Of a DNA stretch of 64,000 nucleotides, positions 39,020-50,400 are shown in pieces (the stretch's first letter is position 1; every line of letters begins with the position of its first letter). A program made the translations under genes and the position numbers. The notes beneath the pieces are model-generated. The model saw only the letters and a list, made by a program, of their open reading frames with translations, searched no databases and was not told where the DNA came from. Source of the DNA: Mobula hypostoma (taxonomy: Eukaryota); NCBI RefSeq assembly GCF_963921235.1, contig NC_086108.1, positions 91,638,001 through 91,702,000 on the forward strand, written 5' to 3'.

Positions 39020-41048
39020 ATTTAAAATAAACAAAGTGATTTTTTTGCTTTAATGTGTGAAAAAATGGCGATGATTTTTGTACAGTTTCAACTTATGATG
39101 TATAGGGAGTTGGTGATATTGCAGAGACATAAAAAAATTTAGGTAAGCAAGCAATCTTGTTTCTTGGAAAACACAGTGAAGAGAAACTCAGTAATATCCT
39201 TTTGTAGACAAATGAGAAAGGAATCAGAATCAGGTTTAATATCACTGACATACATCGTGAAGTTTGTTGTTTTATAACAGCAGTAGAGTGTAAGACATAA
39301 ACAATTACTATAAGTTACAATAAATCAATGCATAAATAAATAAATAGTATGAAAGAGGAATCATGAGGTAGTGCTTATAGTTTCAGGGACTGTTCAGAAA
39401 CTGTTCCTAAAATTTTGAGCATGGGTCTTCAGACTCCTGCACCTCTTCATTGATGGTAGTAATGAGAAGAGGGCATGTCCTGGATGGTGCCTGAGATATT
39501 TTTAATAGCTTAGAGATAAGTGACAATGAAAATAAAACTCATGAGCTTTGAAAAATTCAGTACACTCCTTGAGCAGAAATCAGACTGCTGTGTCCATAGA
39601 GACAAATGCCAAAGCCTGTGGCAGGAAATAGGTGAAATTAGTGAAGACTTCTTTACAGGGATGGAAATAAAGGGGTAAGTACAGATCTAGGGTAATGGAG
39701 GAATTCTTAGCGGATTGACTCACTTGCATTCAATGTATCCAATATGACAATGACTCTTTTTTGGAAAATGGAGGTCACTGCATTACCAGCATACAGAGCA
39801 GAGAAAAAAAGATGGAGTATCGAACAACCTTGCTCCGATTCAGTCTTGGGAGAGGGAACATGATCAGTGCAGTTGGATATCAACAACTGTATGGGAGCCA
39901 GACAGTGAAAAAGCTTATGTAGCAAGTGTGTACAACTGCATGAATTGACAAGAGAAAAGAAATGCCCAGCATACAGATCAAACATTTTGTGGCAGACTTC
40001 ACTACTATGTGGCAAACTGAAGAAGGAATACACAGAGGAAATAGAGAAACATTCATGAGGAAGCCAATACAAATTAATCAAAATCTGGGCATTCATATGA
40101 TGGAAAATGACAAAATGTTTACTCTAGATATTGGAATGCATATCCACATCACCTAAATAGATACAGCAGCAGCCAGAAAAGTGAAAACCACACTACAAAT
40201 CAGATCAGCAAAAGAATAACAAATAAGTAATTATCATAAACTTAAGGTAGCACTAGATACCAGGAGCATATAGTCATATTAGAGCACTCTGCTTATACAG
40301 GAATATTTCCCTGGAAGCCCAAAAGAAGGATTGTATATCCAAAAGTATAAGAAGTACTGCAGAGCCAGATCAGATGGGGGAGATCTTAGATGCATACTTT
40401 GCTCCAGGGCCTGACAAGGTGTTTCCTCTGGAGGCAAGTACAGAAATTGCTGGGGCCCTAGCAGGGATATTTAAAACAACCTTACGACAGGAGAGGTACC
40501 AGAGGATGGGGGATAGCCAATGTTGTTCCGCTGTTTAAAAGAGGCTCTAAATATAAATCAGGAAATTATAGGCTGTTGTGTCTGACATCAGTTGTGGGAA
40601 AGCTATTTGAAGGTATTCTAAGGCAGCAGTCCCCAGCCACCGGGCCACAGAGCATGTGCTACCGGGCCGTGAGGAAACGATATGAGTCAGCTGCACCTTT
40701 CCTCATTCCCTGTCATGCACTGTTGAACTTGAACACCGGTTTGCTAACTGTCCCATATTTGCCAGGACATCCCGTATGTTGGGCTAAATTGGTTTGTCCC
40801 GTATTTCCCCCACTAAGGTAGAGTGTTCCTATGAAACCTTTCGTGCCGAAATGGCATGAAGCGAAGAAGCAATTACCATTAATTTATATGGGAAAAATTT
40901 TTTGAGTGTTCCCAGACCCAAAAAATAATCTACCAAATCATACCAATTAACACATAAAATTGAAAATAAATAGCACTAACATATAGTAAAAGCAGGAATG
41001 ATATGATAAATACACAGCCTATATAAAGTAGAAATAATGTATGTACAG

Positions 41049-41240
41049 GCAACACACATCAAAGTTGCTGGTGAACGCAGCAGGCCAAGCAGCATCTATA
41101 GGAAGAGGCGCAGTCGACGTTTGGTCTCGGCCTGAAACGTCGACTGCGCCTCTTCCTATAGATGCTGCTTGGCCTGCTGCGTTCACCAGCAACTTTGATG
41201 TGTGTTGCTTGAATTTCCAGCATCTGCAGAATTCCTGTTG
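41049..41240 (+). mobile_element. PLE pLTR mini-insertion with a perfect 74-bp inverted repeat
   Basis: 15-bp TSD ATAATGTATGTACAG at 41034-41048 and 41241-41255. Arms 41049-41122 and 41135-41208. Confidence 0.88.
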
Positions 41241-41269
41241 ATAATGTATGTACAGTATAGTCGGGAAGA

Positions 41270-41817
41270 TGTCTGCCGGCTGATGTTGAGGATGTTCTAC
41301 GAGTCTGTGGTGGCCAGTGCTATCATGTTTGCTGTTGTGTGCTGGGGCAGCAGGCTGAGGGCGGCAGACACCAACAGAATCAACAAACTCATTCGTAAGG
41401 CCAGTGATGTTGTGGGGATGGAACTGGACTCTCTGACGGTGGTGTCAGAAAAGAGGATGCTGTCCAAGTTGCATGCCATCTTGGACAATGTCTCCCATCC
41501 ACTACATAATGTACTGGTTGGGCACAGGAGTACATTCAGCCAGAGACTCATTCCACCGAGATGCAACACAGAGCATCATAGGAAGTCATTCCTGCCTGTG
41601 GCCATCAAACTTTACAACTCCTCCCTTGGAGGGTCAGACACCCTGAGCCAATAGGCTGGTCCTGGACTTATTTCATAATTTACTGGCATAATTTACATAT
41701 TACTATTTAACTATTTATGGTTTTATTACTATTTAATTATTTATGGTGCAACTGTAATGAAAAACAATTTCTCCCGGGATCAATAAAGTATGACTATGAC
41801 TATGACAATGACTATGA
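41270..41817 (+). mobile_element. Rex1/Babar LINE 3' end
   Basis: ORF 41202..41654: FYESVVASAIMFAVVCWG...SHPLH...SFLPVAIKLYN. AATAAA followed by a (TATGAC)n tail. Confidence 0.85.
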
Positions 41818-43599
41818 AGGCAAAACTGATTTGTGGGAGAAAAATTCCGCACGTACGCACATGCTCACACAGGTGCCAGCGCAAGGCTTCATGGTCATGG
41901 TAGTCTTTCCTGGGGTAAAGTGTCCCGGGATTTGACTGCTACTTTTGTCCCTTACTTGGGAGTGAGAAAGTTGGCAACCCTAACTGTAAAAGACATGTTG
42001 AGGTGAGTTTAACCCTACTTGAACACCACCCCTCTGGTCAGCCGGTCTGCAAGAATATTGTCAATATTAAACCGGTCCACAGTGCAAAAAAAGTTGGGAA
42101 CCCCTGTTCTAAGGGACTAGATATATACGTATTTGGGTAGACATGGACTGATTAAGGATAGTCAGTATGGCTTTGTGTGTGGTAGGTCATGTCCAACCAA
42201 TCTTACAGAGTTTTTCATAGAAGTTACCAGGAAAGTTAAGAAGGCAAGGCAGTGGATGTTGTCTACATGGACTTTAGTAAGACATAAGAGACTGGTCAAG
42301 AAGGCTTAGTCACTCAGCATTCAAGGTGAGGTAGTAAATTAGATTAGACATTGGTTTTGTGGGAGAAGCCAGAGTGTGGTAGTAGAGGGTTGTTTCTCTG
42401 ACTGGAGTCTTGTGATTAATGGTGTGCTGCAGGGATCAATGCTGGGTCCTTTATGTTTGTCATCTATATTAATGACCTGGATGATAATGCAGTCAAATAG
42501 ATCAGCAAATTTGCAGATGACACCAAAATTGAGGGTGTAGTGGACAGTGAGGAAGGCTATCATGACTTGCAGATGGATATGCATCAGCTGGAAAAATGGC
42601 AGATGAAATTTAATGTAGACAAGTGCAAGGTTTTGCTCATTGGTAGGTCCAACCAGGGTAGATCTTACACAGTGGACATAGGGCATTGAGGAGTGTATTA
42701 GAACAAAGGGATCTGGGAATATAGGCCCATAATTCATTGAAAAATGGTGTCACATGTAGATAGAGTCAGAAAGAAAGCTTATGGCACATTGGCCATCATA
42801 AATCAATGTATTGAGTACAGGAGATGGGGATGTTATGTTGAAGTTGTTTAAGACATTGTTGAGGCCTAATTTGGAGTATTGTGTGCAGCTTTAGTCACCT
42901 ACCTACAGGAAAGATGTAAACAAGATTGAAAGAGTACACAGAAAATTTACAAGAATGTTGGTGGGTCTGGAGGACCTGAGTTATTAGGGAAGTTTGAATA
43001 GGTTAGAACTGTATTCTTTAGAATATAGAAGACTGAGAGGAGATTTTATGAGGCATATAGATAGGGTAAAATGCAAGCAAGCTTTTTCCACTGAGGTTGG
43101 GTGAAAATACAACCAGAGGTCATGGGTTAAGGGTGAAAGGTGAGAAGTTTAAGGGGAACATGAGGGGAAACATTTTCAGTCAGAGAGTGGTGAGAGTGTG
43201 GAATGAGCTGCCAGCACAAGTGCTGCATGGAAGCTCTATTTCAACGTTTAAGAGAAGTTTACGTAGGTACATGAAGAGCAGGAATATGGAAGGCTCTTGT
43301 CCTGATCCAGGTCGATGGAAGTCGGTAGCTTAAATGGTTTTGGCATGGCCTAGATGGGCTAAAGGGGCTGTTTCTGTGCTGTTCTTCTCTATGACTGAAT
43401 GTAGTCATATTTAGGAGATACAGTTTCACAAGTGGGAAGGAGCCAAACCTAAGGGAAATGCACAGGGGAAAGAGTTTAACTGCATTTTCTATGTACATAC
43501 TTTATATGGCAACCATGTTGAAAGAAGATTCTCAATACCTGTTGTCACAATCTAGGATAACATATAGTCACAGAACCCAAGAGTCAACTCAGAAATGGA

Positions 43600-44340
43600 A
43601 TTTTTCAGCTCAGAAACCGACCATTAGGCTGATGGAGGAGAGGTCAACACCCTGACACAGTGATAAGATAACAACCTCTCCATCAATGTCCAAAAAGCAA
43701 AAGAGATGATCATGGATTACAAGAGGAATGGAAGCAGGTTAGCCCCGACCAATATCAATGGGACTGCAGTTGAGAGGATGAGTAGTTTCAAGTTCCTCGG
43801 TATGTACACCACCGAAGATCTCACCTGGACTGTACACACCAGCTTTGTGGCATATAAAAAAAAACAACAATGTCTCTTCCACTTCAGGCGACTGAAGAAG
43901 TTCATCATGAGCCCCCAAATCCTCAAGACCTCCTGCAGCGGCACCATTGAGAGCATACTGACTGACTGTATCGCCACCTGGTATGGGAACTGCACCAACC
44001 TTGATTGCTGGGCACTGCATACAGTGGTACAGACAGCCCAGGGCATCTGTTGACATGAACTTCCCTCCATTGAGGATATTGGCAGCAGCAGGTGCAGAAA
44101 GAAGGCCTGGAAGATCATTGGGGACACCAGTCACTCCAACCATAAACTGTTTCAGCTGCTTTCATCTGGCAAATGGTACCGCAGCATTAAAGCCAAGACC
44201 AACAAACTATGGAACAGCTTCTTTCTACAAGCCATTAAACTTATAAATTCACTTGTCTGTATTTTGCAACGGAGTCATAGCACAAAAATTTTTACTCCCT
44301 CATGTTGTGGAACGGATGTAAGATTTAATTCAATCAATCA
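43600..44340 (+). mobile_element. Rex1/Babar LINE 3' fragment
   Basis: ORF 43706..44053: SSFKFLG...EDLTW...TIESILTDCIATWYGNC. Confidence 0.78.
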
Positions 44341-44851
44341 ATCAGTCATCCATGCTACCCAAGATGTTTTTCTGAGCTAGTCCAATTTGCCTGCATTTCA
44401 CCCATATCACTCTAAACATTTTCAATTTGTGTTCTCTCCAAATGCCCTTTAACATTGTAATTTTACCTGCTTCTACCACTTTCTCTGGCAGCTCGTTCCA
44501 TATATCTATCATCTTCTGTGTGGAAATAGTTGACTCTTGTATTTCATTGAACATGTAGAACATAGAACATTACAGCATAGTACAGGCCCTTCAGCCCACA
44601 AAATTGTGCCAATCTTTTAACCTACTCCAAAATCAATCTAACCCTTTCTTCCACAATGCTCTCCATTTTTTTCATTTACGTACCAATCTAACAGTCTTTT
44701 AAATATCCTTTATACATCTGTCTCTACCACCCTCCCCCCCCCCAACAACAGTGTATTCTAAGCTCTTATAACTCACTGCTTTAAAAACCTACTCTGGCAT
44801 GAATCTTATACTTTCCTCCAATTACTTGAAACGTCTGTCCTCTTGTATTAG

Positions 44852-45531
44852 ATTAGATTAGATTATGAGGACACTGAGTCCTCATTTATTGTCATTTAGA
44901 AATGCATGCATGAAGAAATTATACAATGTTCCTCCAGTATGATATCACAGGAACACAGGACAGACCAAGACTAAACTGACAAAAACCACATAATAGTAAC
45001 ATATAGTTACAACAGTGCAAAGCAATACCGTAATTTAATAAAGCGCAGACCATGGGCATGGTAAAAAAAAAAGTCTCAAAGTCCCGATAGCCCCAACATC
45101 TCACGCAGACGGTAGAAGGGAGAAACTCTCCCTGCCATGAGCTTCCAGCGCTGCAAACTTGCCGATGCAGCACCCTGGAAGCACCCAACCACAGCTGACT
45201 CTGAATCTGTCCGAAAACTTTGAGCCTCCAACCAGCCCTGCAACACCGAGCACCGAGCACCATCTCTGCCGAGTGTTTCGACCCTGCCCCGGCCACCAAG
45301 CAACAAGCAAAGCCAAGGACTCGGGGCCTTCCCCTCCGGAGATTTCGGATCACACAGTAGCAGCAGCAGCAAAACAGGCATTTCAGACGTTTCAACAGAT
45401 GTTCCTCTGTGCTTTTCACATCCATCTCCATCAAATCAGGATTGTGCACGGCAGCCTACTTGACAGATAACAGATATTCATCACCGGAGTGGCCGCTGCG
45501 AGCTGCGTCGTGCCGCCATCTTCTCCTCTCC
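44852..45531 (-). mobile_element. Non-coding retroposon with aagatggcgg-type head and (TAATC)n tail, inserted in a CR1 3' fragment
   Basis: GC-rich body; aataaa and (taatc)n tail on the minus strand. The flanks rejoin into CR1 sequence (tcctcttgtattag|ccattgcc). Confidence 0.6.
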
Positions 45532-46699
45532 TTAGCCATTGCCATTGAAGCCCTGGGGAAAGGGTGCTGGCTGTCCACTCTATCTATGCCTATTATCATC
45601 TTGTACACTCTGTCAAGTCTCCTCTCACCTTCTTTCACTCCAAAGAGAAAATCCATAACTCACTTAACCTTCCCTTATAAGATATATTATCTAATCCAGG
45701 CGACATCCTGGTAAATCTCCTCTACACCATCTCCAAAGCCTCCATGTCCTTCCTACAATGAGGCAACCAGAAATGAACACAATACTCCAAGTATGGTTTA
45801 ACCAGAGTTTTATAGAGCAGCAACTTTACCTTGTGGCTCTTGTTTCTCAATTCCCCATCTAAAGAAAGCCAACACACAATGCACCTTCTTACCCATCTTA
45901 TCAACTTGTTCAGCAACTTGATAGACATGAACCCCCAAACCCCTCTTCTTTCACACTGCTAAGAATCCTGCCATTAACTTTTTACTCTGTCAGCAGCTTA
46001 GGCTTTCTAATGGTTGTCACTTCAGTCTTCCAGATTGATCTCCATCTACAACTTCTCAGCCCAGCTCCGCTTCCAGTCAATGCTTGTAACCCATGACGAT
46101 CTTCTGCACTATCCACAACACCACCAGCCTTCGTGTCATCTGCAAGCTAGGCACGTGGCAGCAGCTCAATGCATAAAAGCAAGCAGACATGGTCAAGGCA
46201 TTCAGCTGTTGTTCAGACCAGACATTAGAATGGGGAAGAAATGTGATCTAAGTGACCTTGACAGTAGAATGAAAGTTGGTACCTGATGGGGTGGTTTGAG
46301 TGTCTCGGAATCTGCTGATCTCCTGGGGTTTTCATGCACAACGATCTCTGGAGTTTGCAAAGAATGGAGTGAAAAACAAAACAACATCCAGTGAGTGGAA
46401 GTTCTGTGGGCAAAAATGTCTTGTTAATGGGAGAGATCAGAAGAGAAAGGCCATACTGGTTCAAGCTGACAGGAAGGTGACAGTAACTCAAATAATCATT
46501 TGTTACAACAGTGGTGTGCAGAAGAATGTCTCTGAACACACAACACATTGAAACCTGAAGTGGATAGGCTACTGCAGCTGAAGACCATGAACATACACTC
46601 AGGCCCCTTCATTAGGTGCAGAAGCAATGTGGTAACTACACTGAGTGTATAACAGTAGGAACAAGCCACAATTTTACAGATAGCTGCTTCTAATAAAGG

Positions 46700-46870
46700 T
46701 CCAAGATAGATGACAAACCAATAACATTTGCATCTAAAGCACTTACATCAGCAGAACCACAATACCAGAAGAGAACTATTGGCCGCTGCGAATGGATTTG
46801 AAAGAAGCCACTCCTATCTGCACAGGTAGGTACTTTGAACAGACAGTAATCTCTGACTCTTAGAAAAAAC
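46700..46870 (+). pseudogene. Degenerate Gypsy RNase H fragment
   Basis: DDKPITFASKALTSAEPQYQ / RELLAAANGFERSHSYLH, homologous to the RNase H at about 24830-24950. Confidence 0.7.
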
Positions 46871-47241
46871 TATCAAGAAAACACACGTAGGGTGCCAACA
46901 AAATTCCCAAGGCTGTTGCTTGACCGTAAGTGCACTGAAAAATTGCAGCAGATGTAGGTTATTCAGATCCTTGCACCTGTCAACCATTTAATAAAGCCTT
47001 CTGTCACAGCAGCATGTCCCTGTTCTAGCTGCACAAACCTTGAATACATTAATATCCAAAGATCCAACATTTTCTTTCTTCAACAACTGAGCCCCCACAC
47101 TCCACTTGGGTAGAGAGTTCTAAAACTTCTTTATCCTTGGTTGAAGGAATTTTTTGTCATTTGTCTTACCACAAGACCATAAGATGTAGAGCAGGATTGG
47201 GCCATTTGGCCAACTGAGTCTGCTCCACCATTCCATCATGG

Positions 47242-47467
47242 GAAGAGAAGGTCGACTCAGACCATGAGAGGCTTGCGTCGGGCATTTTCATGCCTTACAA
47301 GGCACAGATTGGAAGTCTGTGTAGGGCGCCACTCCTCACACAGACACTAGAGCAATGTGTGATTAAGTGCCTTGCTCAAGGACACAAACACGCTGCCACA
47401 GCTGAGGCTCGAACTAGTGACCTTCAGATCACTAGACAAATGCCTTAACCACTTGGCCACATGCCCA
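47242..47467 (-). mobile_element. tRNA-derived SINE
   Basis: Minus strand has A-box TGGCCAAGTGG, B-box-like GTTCGAGCC, then gtgtccttgagcaaggcacttaa. Inserted in a CR1 3' tail. Confidence 0.75.
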
Positions 47468-50400
47468 TAATATATATGGATGATCTATTATCTATTTCAA
47501 CCCCACTGTCCTGCCTTCTGCCCATAACCTTTGACACCCTTACTACTCAAGAACTTTATCAACCTTTAGTTTAAATATGCCCAATGCCTTTGCCTCTGCA
47601 GCAATGAATTCCATAGCAATTCTATGGCACTGAATTCCACCGATTCACTACCCTCTAGCTAAAGAAATTTCTTCTCATTTCTGTTCTAAAGGGACATCCT
47701 TCTATCCTGAGACTGTGCCCTCTGCTCCTAGACTCCCTCACTATAGGAAACATCATCTCTACATCCACTCTATCTATGCTTTTCTAGATTCAATAGGTTT
47801 CATTGAGATTCCCCCCTCATTCTTTTAAAGGCCAACACGTACAGGCTCAGAGTCTTGTAAATGATCAACATTTTATTTTCACATTGTGGCCCTATTTCTA
47901 AACACCTAACTAGGACAAATATCATTCCTGCTTAAGTCTATCAAGTTCTATTAAAGTTTCTACTTTTCAATGGTATCACCTCTCACACTACTAAACTCCA
48001 AGTTTTCTAACAGAGATGACCATGTGGAAGAGAACCTCCTCTACCTCACTTCTTGTTCACCCTGATCGCAACGTGCAGGTTTTATTCTCTCATCCTTCAA
48101 GGCTACAGTCACCACTGCACCTACCATGGCCAATACATTTGGCTTCCACTCCAGCTTTAACTCCGAGTCCTAATATTTCTTGCTGCAACCCTTCCCACCA
48201 AGCTCTTTGCTGACTTGACTTCACAACCTTAGCTCTTCCTCCCTATCCCATGCCCCTATCAGCCTCAGTCCCCGGCAGTACATCTTCAACTACAAAATTG
48301 CACAACCTTTTCAGTTTCTAGGGAAACATGAAGGCCTTTGAAAGAGTGGAATTAAAATAACAAAAAAAAAAATTAGTGGGAAGCAGTTACTTTGAAATGA
48401 CAAATTGGAAAATGAAGGCTCAATGGGGAATTGCCAGATAATGAAGAGAAATGGCTCTTCTCAGAGAACAGGAACAATTTAATAGCAAGCTATATTGAAT
48501 CCTTTGGAGATGTACTGCATCTCAATGTCAAGTGAACTGTTCACATGAATTTTAAGACTTTAACTCATTGTAAACTGAAGACCAAATTAAGTTTTACACT
48601 TTTGCTATGGACCAGAATTACCTGAGATGCATTGACTATGAATAGTACAATGACATTTGAATCAAATTACCTTATATTATGGGAAGTGCGGTGAATTCAT
48701 TTTTAAATCATACCCTGCAATTTATTTGATATGTGTAGATAAGAATTCACTGCAGAGAGATAGAAACACAATTCTCAGCTAACTGAACATATCTGTTTCA
48801 GCAATGACCAAATCCAGGTGGGTGCTACCTTTCGTAGTACATGAAATATATAAAGAAAATGTCACTCTGATGAACTAAGGAAGCTGGAATAAAGATATAG
48901 TTTAGAATGAATGTAATGATGTTGTACCCTGGGTCTAATCATGTTCTATTTCATTTGCAAGTACTTAATATTGACTTTTGTATCCAAAATGAAATATTCT
49001 ATTACCTAGCACACCCCTGTGAGCAATGGAAAGTAAATCAACTAATATTACATTTAATCTGTCTAAGGATCTAACGTTCAGAAAGGTCCTGCAACATTTT
49101 ATCTGCACTTGGTGCTAATGTTAGCAACAATAATATTTTGTATAACTTTATTATCACTGGTTATCACTAAATTATAACTTCATTATCACTGACGTACAGT
49201 ACGTCATGAAATTAGTTACTTCACAGCAGCATTAGAATGCAATACGTAAAATATACTATAAATATATATAAGTTAAGCAAGTAGTGCAAAAAAGAGCAAA
49301 GCTAGTGAAGTAGTGTTCATGGGTTCATTAACCATTCAGAAATCCGATGGCAGAGGGGAAAAAGCTGTTCCTAAAGTACTGAGTTTGTGTCTTCGGGCTC
49401 CTGTACCTCGTCCTTGATGGCAGCAATGAGAAGGCGGTGTTTCCTGGTTAGCAGGGGTCCTCGTGATGGATGCCGCCTTTTCTGAAACCAATAAGCAGTC
49501 AATTGCAAGCTAACAAATACCTTAAAGTCATACAATATTTAATTGCATTTTATAGGAACTGCGAGATTTCACATTCGATCAAGAACACTGTATAACTTCC
49601 CATGTTGCTTTTATTTCTCTTTGTAATGCAAAGGCAGGCAATGCACTGAAAATTGTTTTGGAAACGATAAAATAAAACTGCAGTGAAAATTCTGTGCGGA
49701 GAAGGTTAATTATCAAGATTCACTTGTTACTGTATTTGGATCCATTAGTTGCTGAATATTATATGAAGCTGACAAGCAGTTGCCATTTACAGACCACATG
49801 GAGGCTTTTATTTTTCCATTTAGACATAATAATGCATTATGCAAATTCACTTGTCAAGAAAAGCTGTAAGCATGCATGAAATAAGCTGTCAAACATGACT
49901 GACTAATAAATGAATATTTGTTATTGCCATGCCCCTAAATTTCAACAGATATAAAAATATCTAAAAGGACAAAAATGATTACAGCAGCAATGCTACTTAT
50001 TTTTTTCTAAACATCAGGCTCTAATTTAGAGTACAAAAACTCTCACCTTATTGCTTTATCAAGTATGACACTTTCACATCATAATTGCAGATTTTTTTTA
50101 ACAAGACCATGAATTAGCCATCAATGCAAACGCTATAGCTATGCACAATTTATGGCTGATAGCTGAAATTTTGATGGGTTCTATGTTATAGAGGGCTAAT
50201 TTTATTGGTGTAGTGGTTACTGGCATTGTGGAAAACAGGGGAAGGCCAGAGTTGGAATTCATGCCTGGATCATTGTGAGTCACATTTGACTCTGGGCTAG
50301 GTTAAGCTGGTTAAAAGTGCACATGTAGGAGACGGGCTACTTTTTAAAATTAACATGAACGTTAAAAAGATGTAAATCTGTGAGAGCACCAGTCCCAAAT

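Larger units (their letters stand above)
40624..42106. mobile_element. Non-autonomous hAT (Charlie-like) element with nested inserts
   Basis: 8-bp TSD TTCTAAGG at 40616-40623 and 42107-42114. Imperfect TIRs cagcagtccccagcc / agttgggaacccctg. Confidence 0.85.
40370..43395 (+). mobile_element. CR1 LINE ORF2/3' end, interrupted by a hAT element
   Basis: LTSVVGKLFEGILR before the insertion continues after 42114. ORF 43097..43333 has RGNIFSQRVVRVWNELP. Confidence 0.82.

Noticed and set aside
41202..41654. 150-aa ORF of a type often annotated as a host gene
   Set aside because: Chimeric read-through from PLE and hAT sequence into the Rex1 ORF C-terminus.
44919..45470. Cluster of overlapping 70-176 aa ORFs
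   Set aside because: They lie in a GC-rich non-coding retroposon, on both strands, with no recognisable domain.
47395..47467. tRNA gene
   Set aside because: A/B boxes are the head of a SINE; there is no clean cloverleaf, and it is followed by a SINE body.
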